IMG/VR virus record: IMGVR_UViG_3300033552_000002
Coordinates: 1 to 64,000 of that record
Source: a virus
Length of the DNA: 64,000 nucleotides
Direction: 5' to 3' (one strand)
The first letter of the stretch is position 1. Each line of letters opens with the position of its first letter. Under the pieces are notes generated by a model. It saw only the letters and a program-made list of their open reading frames with translations, did no database searches and had not been told where the DNA came from. Position numbers and translations under genes: made by a program. Below are positions 29,149-38,611 of this stretch, piece by piece.

Positions 29149-31143
29149 TTATTTAGTTTTCTTGTTAACAGATATAATTTTATTATTCTTATCAAACTTA
29201 AAGTACTTGCTCATTTGATTTACCATGTCCATCATGGTTTTATTTTGAGCAACTTGATTTAAATCTTTACCAGTTTGTTGCAAACCTAAACCTATAGTGG
29301 CTTTATCTAATCCTAACTGAGTAGCAAAAGCATCTTTATCTTGTCTGTTGGCTAAATCTGCATCTGCAGCTCCCCCCATTTTAATTTGATCTATATTAGC
29401 TTTTAATGAAGTTTCTTGACCTAACATTGCCATCATTTGCTTAGCATATTGATCAGATAAATTTGCATTGGCATCATTAGCTGCAATGTCTGCAGATAAA
29501 TCTGTTGCTCTTATGGTGTTAATACTACTTGCACTATTTCTAGATTGTTTCTTTGCTGTATTAACTCCTCTAGTTACTCTTTGTAAGTTATTGTCATTCT
29601 CAGCTGTTAAAGTATTTTTAGCACCTTGTAAAGATTCTAATGCATCCTGGCCATAGTCTTCAAACTGATTAACATTAGGTGTATCAGAAGCTCTGTTGTT
29701 AAGTGTATTGTTCATAGGTGCAAACATAGAAACTGCATTTCCAAGTAGACCTGTAACATCCCCTGTAGTAAAATTTAAGCCTGATGTCAAAGGGTCATTA
29801 TTTCCTGTTTGTTCTGCAAAATTAGTGTCATAAACTTCAGCTGAAACTTCTTCAGAAATTACTGGATTATAACTTAATAAATTATCTTGAATTTCTTCTC
29901 CAAAATTATTCAAAAAAGTTTTAGGGTTATAGTTATCTACACCAGTTGGAGGAGTTCCTAAAGCATATTCTACACCTTGCTTACCTGTTCCCATAGCAAA
30001 TTCTTGCATCTGAGTAAACTGAGTAGCTATTTCTTGCATTTGCAAATCTCCCTGATCTTCATTCTCTATAGCAGCTTTCATTCTTTGATGTGAATTGGCT
30101 ATAGCTTTATCTCCTTTACTTGTAGCAAGAAGTTCATCTAACTTAAGTGTTCTTCTTTCTCTAGACTTTTTTCTATCTGCCATAGTCTTACCATCAGCTC
30201 CTTTAAGTTGATCAGAATATATCTTAGTACCTTCTGGAACATTCATATCAATTCCTCCTTGAGTATGCTTTGGCCCCTTTAATTCTGCAGGTTCACCTCC
30301 TGGAGCTTCTACAATTTCACCACCTTCAGCTTCAATTTGACCTTCAGCATCATCCATACCCATAGCAGCATAACCTTTTTGAAACATAGCTGCTTGAGAA
30401 GGATTCATTACTTGAAAATTAGAATTAGTTAAAAAAGTACCTTCTCCTGAACCTTGTATATCTTTAGAGGTTAAATTTTTTGCAGTACTTGCAGGTAAAT
30501 TTTGAGCAATAGAAGAACCAATTTGTCCTGCCATTTGCATTCCCATAGCTAAAGGATTATCAAAAGCATCAGCTTCTGCTTTAGCCATCAATAACTGATT
30601 GTCAATTAAAGCTTGATTTGGAGTTTGCATATAGTTCTTAACAGTTACTCCACTAGCACCTGTACCTACACCATACTTTCTTACTATCTTTTTCATACTA
30701 GGTTCATTTATAATACCCTTTCCAAGGGTAAATTGTGAAGTGTTATCCATTCCTGTAAAACCATTAACTAAAGCCTTAAGCTTATCTTTTTGTTTTGCAA
30801 TTTTACCAACTCCTCCAACACTTTTAATTGCAGGAACAAAGTTTAAACTTTCAGCTACAACAGTAGCTATATCTCCTTTAGATAAAGCTTTCCCTCCCTT
30901 AGCAGCTGAGGTAGTGTAAAAGGCTGGATTCAAAATATCTAAAGGTGAATCTAAGATATTCCTCTCTATATTATTAGAATCTATACCTCTTTGTAAATGT
31001 AAAGGAATAGGTTCATTACGAGCAGAATATCCAAAAGCAGTTAAAGGATTACTTAAGAGCTCATAAGCTCTGTCCATGTAATCTTGTTCTTTACTAGCTT
31101 TAACCTCAGATTTATTTTTATAAGCTTTTTTAGGTTGTAACAT
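29149..31143 (-). CDS. large virion protein (664 aa), function unknown
   Basis: Long ORF. Its N-terminus MLQPKK is identical to that of the 4382-aa protein. Gln/Asn/Ala-rich C-terminal half. Confidence 0.55.
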   Translation of the reverse strand: MLQPKKAYKNKSEVKASKEQDYMDRAYELLSNPLTAFGYSARNEPIPLHLQRGIDSNNIERNILDSPLDILNPAFYTTSAAKGGKALSKGDIATVVAESLNFVPAIKSVGGVGKIAKQKDKLKALVNGFTGMDNTSQFTLGKGIINEPSMKKIVRKYGVGTGASGVTVKNYMQTPNQALIDNQLLMAKAEADAFDNPLAMGMQMAGQIGSSIAQNLPASTAKNLTSKDIQGSGEGTFLTNSNFQVMNPSQAAMFQKGYAAMGMDDAEGQIEAEGGEIVEAPGGEPAELKGPKHTQGGIDMNVPEGTKIYSDQLKGADGKTMADRKKSRERRTLKLDELLATSKGDKAIANSHQRMKAAIENEDQGDLQMQEIATQFTQMQEFAMGTGKQGVEYALGTPPTGVDNYNPKTFLNNFGEEIQDNLLSYNPVISEEVSAEVYDTNFAEQTGNNDPLTSGLNFTTGDVTGLLGNAVSMFAPMNNTLNNRASDTPNVNQFEDYGQDALESLQGAKNTLTAENDNNLQRVTRGVNTAKKQSRNSASSINTIRATDLSADIAANDANANLSDQYAKQMMAMLGQETSLKANIDQIKMGGAADADLANRQDKDAFATQLGLDKATIGLGLQQTGKDLNQVAQNKTMMDMVNQMSKYFKFDKNNKIISVNKKTK

Positions 31144-31151
31144 AATGTACT

Positions 31152-34100
31152 TTATCTTTGTGATGGTTTTTCATCTTGAGCTGAAAAGTTCATAATTAAT
31201 CTTGTGTTGTCAAAAGTATCAAATATTAGTCTAACAACCAAGAATTTATCTCTAAAACTTTCTAGCTCTGTCCAATGCTTATTATAATTAATTGCATTAG
31301 CATTTACTATTTTATCAATGTAATATTTAGATTGTAGATTAGCTAAGTTTTTATCAAACATAGGTATATCATAATTTGATCTAATATTTCTTAAATCATT
31401 AATATTCCAGTTTCTTTCAGTTCTAGATATAATAATATCAGTTGGACTGTTTAAAACTTGTTTAGCAAGATAATCTGACTCTTCACCTTTAACTATCATA
31501 TTTTTAACACCACCAATTTGGTGAGTATTATAAACTAGTATCTTGTTAAAAGTAATATCTCTTTTATCAAAGTATTCTTGATATTCAGTGTTGTACTGTT
31601 TAGCTTCTGTTTGCAACATTATGTTATCACATATAGAAGTTTGCAAACCATAAGTGTCTACATATTCCACAATAAATGGATGACGTACATCATAAAAAGT
31701 TTGATAATGATTTTTTCTATTATGTCTCCATATAGCACTGCCCCCTTGTTTCCATGAGTAGAATTTTTCTTGTACTCTAAAATAAAAGCTTGGAAGATAA
31801 CTATGCCAGCTAACCCACTTTTCTTCTTTTAAAGAATAACTCATAGTCCAACTATTGTTTAATGTTTGAAGATTAATAGGTGTACCATCAACATAAGAGA
31901 ATACAGTTGTAGGTACTTGTACAGTAACTAAAGCTGCTGTAGTTGTTGTTGTTTGAGTTGTATTTCCACTTGTTGCAGGATTAAGTAAATTATTCAAATC
32001 AGTAGCAAACTGTAATGGAGTAATTATGGAAGATTGAGTTCCTGCTATTACTGCATAATCATTTCTATCAACTTTACCTGACCATCCATATTGGTCTGCC
32101 CCTAATCCTAATACATTATAAGGATTGGTTCCAGTTAACTGTAATTTTACTGCATTCCATTCTGCAACTGTGAAAGCTGCATTTATAGGTAAAGCATCTG
32201 CTTCTGCTACAGTATATGATCTTCCTTTTAATGCTAATAAAGTATGTCTTATATAATCTTTAGAATTTTCATAAGCAGCTCCTACTGTGGCAATTGGATA
32301 AGTAATACCTCTAAAGAAACTAAATTGAGAATGAATAGTACTTACAAAAGAATTATAATCAGTTATATACTGTGATGTAACTGCAGTAGTCCCACCTAAA
32401 GTCCCTGTATGATAAATTGGAGAAGCTTCATTAACTAGTGAAATTATTAATACTTTGCCACCATGTTCAGCTGTGTTAGCTGCAATTCTACTTGGAAAAT
32501 TAATCCATCTTTCACTTGGGTCCATTAATACATGAAGCTTGCTGTATGTAGTATCTGCTGGTCTAAAACTAATATACCATGCTCTGAGAGAAGTTTCCAA
32601 ATCAGCTAAATATGTACCTGTATTAAAAGACCCTGAAGTATCTAGAAACCCATATACATGAGCTTCTTCAGGTACAGTGTTTTGAACTACAGTAGTAATT
32701 AATCTAGTTTCTAATTTATCAACTAATACACTCTTTTGGAATTTTAGCCTACAGTCTTCTATACCAACATATTGAAAATCTAAAGCTTTCTTAGCTGCCA
32801 CAATATCATTAAAATTATTAAAGATAGTTGTGCCATTTCCTTTATCACATAATTTATAATTTGTACCTAAATTATTAAGAACTTTAAAATCTTTTTTAGT
32901 AATAATTATTCTTTCTTTCTTAGTGTCATAAGTAATTAAGTAGCCTACTCCAATAGGATTAGAAGGATTATTATTAAAAGGATATACAATTTTATTATTT
33001 TCATAGTAGTCCTCAGCCATTAAAAACTTCATATTCTCTTTAAAGTAATTTGACAAACCTGTATCTGAAATAGGTTTAAGTTGCTCTCCATTAAATATGT
33101 AAATCTTTTTTTCTTTATGAGAAGGAAACACTACACCATATTTAGTTTTTATTCTTGCCCACTTATGTAAGTTACCTGCAGAACTATTACTGTCATCAAC
33201 TATTTTCCTAGGTGGAGTAGAGAAAAACTCACCTGTACCTAGAAAAGATAATATATCTCCTGTAATTCTTTCTTGTCTTACTTGAGGAAGATGCCATAAT
33301 GCTTCTTCTGTATGAATGTAAAGATTGTTTTGAATTCTAAACACATCAGTTATGGGTCCTGTTTCTCCTTCAATATCTCTATAATTATTAGGTAAAAAAG
33401 TTCTATAGTTATCAGTAAGCTCTTCTTGAAAAGATTCCTCAGACCAATGTATTCTGTGAGGGAAAGTTTCTATACAATCTGAACAGCAATCATACTCTAA
33501 AGGTAAATGATTAAAAATCTTTTGCTTGTTTCTTCTGTAGTAATCTAAATTTACTTTATATAGTTCTGGCAAAGCTAGACCTATATATTCTCTACCACCT
33601 TCTTTTTCTTGATTAATGGTAGTAAGTTTATTTAGCATGTGTCTGTCTAAGCTATTTGCAGGCTTTACAGGGCCACTATTTCCATTTCCTGTCTCAGCAA
33701 TACTTGGAGAGTTTATAAAGTCTGGTATGGAACCTATATTAGCTCCATGTCTCAATGACATATTAACACTAGACTCAAACCAAAGATTAGTCAAAGCTTC
33801 ACCAAACCATCTAATTTCATCATCAGGTGGATTTACTGCTTTAAATTTATCATTTAAAAAATCATCTTCTATAGTTTCTCTAAGACCTTGTTGATATAAT
33901 TCATTATAGGTTTTGGCCCAGTTATCTTGTTTAATACCTGAAGCAGCTAACAAAGCTCCTCCACTTATGGCAGCAGCTCCTGCACCAGCTATTAAGCCTA
34001 AACCTAATCCACTAATTGCTAAACTTGTTCCTGCTGAGAAAATGGCTGCAGCTATTCCTGCAATCACTAATATACTTCCTAAAGCTATAGAAAAGAAACC

Positions 34101-36824
34101 ACTTTTGGTTCCTCTTTGTTTTATTCTATTTTCATAAAATATAGAGTTTACATATTTCATAGAAGTAATGTAACTATCTCCATTAGAAACTTTAGTTTGA
34201 CTGATTACATCTTTCTCAAATTTAACTATGTTTTTACTTTCTTTGTAATATGGCATTGTTCTAAAGTTACTATAAGAATCTGCTATATTTCTTTTAAGAA
34301 TTACATAAGGTAAAGTATTAATAATAGGGTCATTAAAATTTGAGTTTAAAGATATGATACCTATTTTATTATCTGCTGAAACATTAAAAACATCTTTAGC
34401 TACTGGTACAGTAGAACTGTCTTCTACATTTTTGTATGTTAAGGCATCTAGGTAAAACACCTCTTTAATATCAGTTTTTACAAATAACTTTTTAAATACT
34501 TTATTATATAAAAGAATGTTATCCTTAGTTCTAACTCTTAAATCAAAACCATCATTATCAGTTTCAGATTTTCTATGTCTTTTACTATCATAAGAACTTC
34601 CTTCTAGAACATCTTGTACTAAAAAGTTACTGTATAATGCTCCTATCCCTGAATGTACATATTCACCTTCCTTTATAATTTCATCAATTTCAGTATAAGT
34701 TTTATTATTAAACTTATATTCTGGATTAATAAGACCTAAGAAATCTCTTTTAATCTTAGGTGTAGCTGCATTAGCAAAGTTAGGCATAAGTAAACCATGA
34801 GAAACAAAATGAGCATTCTGTATAGTAGAAGTAAGTATTCCACTATCCAAAATAGTTTTTTCATTTTCAGTTCTTTCATTTCTAACAATGTAGTAACCTA
34901 TAATTTTCTGGCCATTTGTATCAATTAAACTTGGCATTTCTATATTAGAAAACTCTATATGCATTACTTCAGAGAAATAAAGTTTACCTTCCGTCTCAGC
35001 AATATAAGGGACATCAGCTACAGTATAGGTCAGGCCTGTTCTTGGAGAAACTGTTCCTTGAGCTATAACTATCCCATTTTCTTTAATAGAAGTTACTGTA
35101 ATTATCCCACTGGTAAGAACAGGTTCCAAAAATATCTCTTGACCTGGAGTAGAAAAACTATCCCAATTCGAGTAAGTTATTATATTGTTTACATAAAAAG
35201 TTATGCCATTAGCTACATACTCCACTAAGTATTCTATGTTTTCTGGAGGTATACAGTTAGGATCATAAGCAGGGTCTGCTGTATTAGTAATACAAGGAGG
35301 AGGTAATGTAATAGTTCCATTAACTCTAATTCTTAAAGTATGAAATTCAGTAGAAGTTTCACTTGCTATAATTTCAGTAAATAAAGGTTTGTTAATTTCA
35401 CTTCTTAAAGGAAATCTATGATGCCTAACTAGTTTATTTTTTAATGTTACACCTTCACTATCAACTCCCCAGTAACCTAAATTATCACAAGTATCATTAT
35501 CAATATATCTACTTGTTAAAGAAGAATTATTTGAGCTCATTGGAAGATACTTTTTAATAGTTGTATTAGCTAAAAAAGTTGTACCAATAGATAGACTAGG
35601 ATTTTTTCCAGGAATATGACATACAGGAGAAGTAGTCATATCATCAAATACATATACTACACCAAAAGAATATATTTCACCTGGAGTATATGCTATACCA
35701 TTAATGTTAGCATTAGGTTGCTTAGCATTAGAACCTAGTAATTCATTTAATGGAATGGTAGTTAATGTACAGTCAGCTTTAATTTTACTAGCATATCTCT
35801 GTAAGGCACAGTAATTTAACTGCTTCCCTTTTATATTAGATAAAATAAGTTTGTTTTCAATTTGCTCTATATGTTTTGCAGACTCAATTATATTATTGAA
35901 AACAATAATATCTTGTTGTGTACCTGAAGTTTCGAAGTTGGCTCCTGTATAAACAAAGGTTGGGTTTCTTGTAGAAATTTCAGCAGAGTATTTTGTATCA
36001 CTAATTTGTCCACTTCCATTAGTAGATTCAGTTATAGCTAATCTATAGAAAGGAAAATTTAAATCTAAGTCAGATAGAACTATTTTTATAGATTTATTAG
36101 TAATAGTGCTTACATAAGTTGGAGTAGTTTCACTTGTACTTCCTCTTATATCTTTATAGTCATTTGTTAGACTATCATTATAAATATGTACTACTTCAGA
36201 ACTTGTAGCAAATTCAGTTGCATTTAAATCTTCATCTAAATATTGTACAGATATATTATAACTGCCTGATACTAAAACTCCTCCACTGTTAACAGCTTCA
36301 ATAGTTTCAAATCTAGGGACTGAATTGTACATCTTAAATAACTTAAATTTACTGATGTTCCAATTACCTAATGCATCTTTAAATTTTTCTTCTCTACCTA
36401 TTACAAATGTTCTAGGTATAGGGTCTACCCAATATACAACTACTTCACATCCTCTTCTTAATCTGAATGTAGCTGAAATTTGGTTTTCAATACTAAAGCC
36501 AAATTTATCAATTTGATTAGTATCATCTACTATAATAGTAAAATTACAATTTCTATCAGCAATACCTAATGCAGAATTACCTGTATTAGAAACTAGAAAG
36601 ATTAAAGTGTTTTCTGCTCCAATGTAAAGTTCACCTATAGGAGAAAATCCTATAGGTAAGGCATAGCAAATTTCATTGCTTTCTTCATTACTTCTATTAC
36701 CTAAGTCACCCTCATTAGTTTCATTAACTCCATTCAATACAAATCTAGTTGTACCTTGTGGTTGAGAAACTAATGAAGTATCTAAACTTAATGCTCCAGG
36801 CTGAATAACTTTATTTTCTTTCAT
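31152..36824 (-). CDS. very large tail/ejection-associated protein (1890 aa) with internal Gly-zipper membrane segment and vWA-like MIDAS motif
   Basis: Uninterrupted 5.7-kb ORF. FFSIALGSILVIAGIAAAIFSAGTSLAISGLGLGLIAGAGAAAISGGALLAASG lies at about 33931-34100. FLDTSGSF (DxSxS, nt 32628-32642) is preceded by a hydrophobic strand. Confidence 0.55.
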   Translation of the reverse strand: MKENKVIQPGALSLDTSLVSQPQGTTRFVLNGVNETNEGDLGNRSNEESNEICYALPIGFSPIGELYIGAENTLIFLVSNTGNSALGIADRNCNFTIIVDDTNQIDKFGFSIENQISATFRLRRGCEVVVYWVDPIPRTFVIGREEKFKDALGNWNISKFKLFKMYNSVPRFETIEAVNSGGVLVSGSYNISVQYLDEDLNATEFATSSEVVHIYNDSLTNDYKDIRGSTSETTPTYVSTITNKSIKIVLSDLDLNFPFYRLAITESTNGSGQISDTKYSAEISTRNPTFVYTGANFETSGTQQDIIVFNNIIESAKHIEQIENKLILSNIKGKQLNYCALQRYASKIKADCTLTTIPLNELLGSNAKQPNANINGIAYTPGEIYSFGVVYVFDDMTTSPVCHIPGKNPSLSIGTTFLANTTIKKYLPMSSNNSSLTSRYIDNDTCDNLGYWGVDSEGVTLKNKLVRHHRFPLRSEINKPLFTEIIASETSTEFHTLRIRVNGTITLPPPCITNTADPAYDPNCIPPENIEYLVEYVANGITFYVNNIITYSNWDSFSTPGQEIFLEPVLTSGIITVTSIKENGIVIAQGTVSPRTGLTYTVADVPYIAETEGKLYFSEVMHIEFSNIEMPSLIDTNGQKIIGYYIVRNERTENEKTILDSGILTSTIQNAHFVSHGLLMPNFANAATPKIKRDFLGLINPEYKFNNKTYTEIDEIIKEGEYVHSGIGALYSNFLVQDVLEGSSYDSKRHRKSETDNDGFDLRVRTKDNILLYNKVFKKLFVKTDIKEVFYLDALTYKNVEDSSTVPVAKDVFNVSADNKIGIISLNSNFNDPIINTLPYVILKRNIADSYSNFRTMPYYKESKNIVKFEKDVISQTKVSNGDSYITSMKYVNSIFYENRIKQRGTKSGFFSIALGSILVIAGIAAAIFSAGTSLAISGLGLGLIAGAGAAAISGGALLAASGIKQDNWAKTYNELYQQGLRETIEDDFLNDKFKAVNPPDDEIRWFGEALTNLWFESSVNMSLRHGANIGSIPDFINSPSIAETGNGNSGPVKPANSLDRHMLNKLTTINQEKEGGREYIGLALPELYKVNLDYYRRNKQKIFNHLPLEYDCCSDCIETFPHRIHWSEESFQEELTDNYRTFLPNNYRDIEGETGPITDVFRIQNNLYIHTEEALWHLPQVRQERITGDILSFLGTGEFFSTPPRKIVDDSNSSAGNLHKWARIKTKYGVVFPSHKEKKIYIFNGEQLKPISDTGLSNYFKENMKFLMAEDYYENNKIVYPFNNNPSNPIGVGYLITYDTKKERIIITKKDFKVLNNLGTNYKLCDKGNGTTIFNNFNDIVAAKKALDFQYVGIEDCRLKFQKSVLVDKLETRLITTVVQNTVPEEAHVYGFLDTSGSFNTGTYLADLETSLRAWYISFRPADTTYSKLHVLMDPSERWINFPSRIAANTAEHGGKVLIISLVNEASPIYHTGTLGGTTAVTSQYITDYNSFVSTIHSQFSFFRGITYPIATVGAAYENSKDYIRHTLLALKGRSYTVAEADALPINAAFTVAEWNAVKLQLTGTNPYNVLGLGADQYGWSGKVDRNDYAVIAGTQSSIITPLQFATDLNNLLNPATSGNTTQTTTTTAALVTVQVPTTVFSYVDGTPINLQTLNNSWTMSYSLKEEKWVSWHSYLPSFYFRVQEKFYSWKQGGSAIWRHNRKNHYQTFYDVRHPFIVEYVDTYGLQTSICDNIMLQTEAKQYNTEYQEYFDKRDITFNKILVYNTHQIGGVKNMIVKGEESDYLAKQVLNSPTDIIISRTERNWNINDLRNIRSNYDIPMFDKNLANLQSKYYIDKIVNANAINYNKHWTELESFRDKFLVVRLIFDTFDNTRLIMNFSAQDEKPSQR

Positions 36825-36834
36825 TTATTTATTT

Positions 36835-37356
36835 TTAAGTCCACGGCCCAAAATTAGTTTGCGTATTTACTCCTATTGGAACAGCTCTGAAATAACTGTT
36901 TATACCTACAACTGCAGGAGCAGCAATACCTAAACTTACAGCTGGTATTAATGTACCTCCAGTGTTTACTCTAATGATTCCACTAATTATAGCATTTCCT
37001 GCAGCTGACACAGAAGCTGACACTATTCCAACAGCAGTTGCAACACTAACTACAGTAGATTGAGATGTAGAAGGAGTTCCAATAGCTGAAGTTTTTTGAG
37101 CAGTTGAGTTATATTTTAAACTGTTCATTACAGCAGTACCTAAAAATCCAAAGCCAAAATTTCCTGATGTAATGCTCATAGCAGTCAAATCAAAACTACA
37201 CTCAAAGAAATATGATGTTCCTGCTTCTACAGTTAAAGCTCCACCAGCTGTAGCATTAAACAATCTTTGTAATGCAGTTTGTGAAACCAATGTAAAAGCA
37301 GCATTTAAGAATACATATTCTTCTAAGGCTCTAAGTGATAGTTGAGTAGGTGGCAT
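36835..37356 (-). CDS. Ala/Gly/Thr/Ser-rich virion protein (173 aa)
   Basis: ORF in the structural operon with beta-rich low-complexity composition. Confidence 0.5.
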   Translation of the reverse strand: MPPTQLSLRALEEYVFLNAAFTLVSQTALQRLFNATAGGALTVEAGTSYFFECSFDLTAMSITSGNFGFGFLGTAVMNSLKYNSTAQKTSAIGTPSTSQSTVVSVATAVGIVSASVSAAGNAIISGIIRVNTGGTLIPAVSLGIAAPAVVGINSYFRAVPIGVNTQTNFGPWT

Positions 37357-37362
37357 ATTTTA

Positions 37363-38190
37363 TTATCTACGGTATGAAACTCTTATTCTCTCTCCTGTCA
37401 AAGGTGCAGCTAAAAATGTAATAGTTGTACCTGTAATAGTATAATCATTACCTGCCCCGACTTCTTGTAATAAACCATTTAAATAAACTTGTTCACTTCC
37501 TACAATAGGTGTGTTGGCAATTATAAAGGATGCATTAACTCCATTAATTGCTCCAGAAGGAACTTCTTTGTCTATAAAGTTTGATTGTAAAAGTCCTGCT
37601 GAAGTAGGTATTTGTTGAAATGTAATAGGTGTAGTACCTAATGTTCCACCTTGATTGGCAGTACAAAGATGTACAGTATCAGCAAAGGTAGTTCCTTCTT
37701 CTACTGCAAAAAATGCACCTGGAATTTCTATCCAAACATCCATCTCTGGAATTCTTGTAAGAGGTGAAGCACTTCCATTAAAAGTATATAAACCATTTTC
37801 AGCTGTAGCAGTATTTGCTCTTACAAAAAGAATTTGTCCATTTGCTAAAGTAATACTATCAAAGATAGCTGTACCAGGATTAACAATACTTACATTGGCT
37901 ACAGTTGCAACTCTTGCAGAAGGTTTTGATTTAAACAATGAATTTAAAGCTGCAATAGCACTATTCATTTGTCCTACATTGACTGCATCAGAATTTGCAG
38001 TACCTGTCAAAACATTTGACATTAGCTGTCCACCCATGTTAAGAGGTCCAGTCATAGGCACTGAGCCATCTCTTTTAATAAAGTTAATTCCATCAGCTAA
38101 TTTGCTGGTCTCAATAGCAGCTCCTGCTTGTATCTTTGCATTATCAATAGCTCCATCTGCTATTTGTTTTTTAGTAATTTGTGTTGGCAT
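37363..38190 (-). CDS. tail fibre/spike-like protein (275 aa)
   Basis: The N-terminal ITKKQIADGAIDNAKIQAGAAIETSKLADG repeat style is common in phage fibre N-termini. The C-terminal domain PSGAINGVNASF...YLNGLLQ...DYTITGTTITF is shared with the next gene. Confidence 0.5.
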   Translation of the reverse strand: MPTQITKKQIADGAIDNAKIQAGAAIETSKLADGINFIKRDGSVPMTGPLNMGGQLMSNVLTGTANSDAVNVGQMNSAIAALNSLFKSKPSARVATVANVSIVNPGTAIFDSITLANGQILFVRANTATAENGLYTFNGSASPLTRIPEMDVWIEIPGAFFAVEEGTTFADTVHLCTANQGGTLGTTPITFQQIPTSAGLLQSNFIDKEVPSGAINGVNASFIIANTPIVGSEQVYLNGLLQEVGAGNDYTITGTTITFLAAPLTGERIRVSYRR

Positions 38191-38195
38191 GTCTT

Positions 38196-38609
38196 TTATA
38201 ATTTAGTGTAGTTAATAAATATACTGTCTATTATGTCAAGTGAAAAAGTAAAAATAATATTTCTGTTAACAGTTAACTGGTAATCTTTCACTATACTTTG
38301 TTTAATCCCATTTACAAAAATAGTAACTGTTTTATGAATAAAAGGAAATTCAGATGTAAAATTCACATTGCTACCATTTATTATACCTATAGGTATTTCA
38401 TTATAAACATGAAGTAAAGGAGTTGTTAACCTAACTACACTTTCTTCTATAAGATCAGTAATCATTTCTTTGTTACCTAGCTTCTTTAGTGAACCTGACT
38501 TATTAACAATATATAAATTAATATAATCTCCATCCTCAACTAAATACAAAGAATTTGGTTCTAATGTATTAGGTAAAACAAGTACTTTATGTTTATTAAG
38601 TCCTATCAT
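38196..38609 (-). CDS. small structural protein sharing the C-terminal domain of the 275-aa protein (137 aa)
   Basis: IPIGIINGSNVNFTSEF...FVNGIKQ...DYQLTVNRNIIFTF aligns with the C-terminus of the 37363-38190 product. Confidence 0.5.
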   Translation of the reverse strand: MIGLNKHKVLVLPNTLEPNSLYLVEDGDYINLYIVNKSGSLKKLGNKEMITDLIEESVVRLTTPLLHVYNEIPIGIINGSNVNFTSEFPFIHKTVTIFVNGIKQSIVKDYQLTVNRNIIFTFSLDIIDSIFINYTKL

Positions 38610-38611
38610 TT

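Noticed and set aside
9040-36824. Possible stop-codon recoding (TAG or TGA reassignment), as reported for many crAss-like lineages.
   Set aside because: ORFs of 4382, 1890 and 1578 aa are uninterrupted under the standard code. Genes end cleanly, mostly in TAA, and none of the five tRNAs has a suppressor anticodon.
37655-38206. A 183-aa plus-strand ORF fully antisense to the 275-aa fibre-like gene. Similar antisense ORFs lie at 33913-34137, 46137-46385 and 50679-50930.
   Set aside because: They occur exactly where the minus-strand genes are Ala/Gly/Thr-rich (GCN/GGN/ACN codons), which removes stop codons from the antisense frame. Their products are low-complexity, and the minus-strand genes fit the operon structure.
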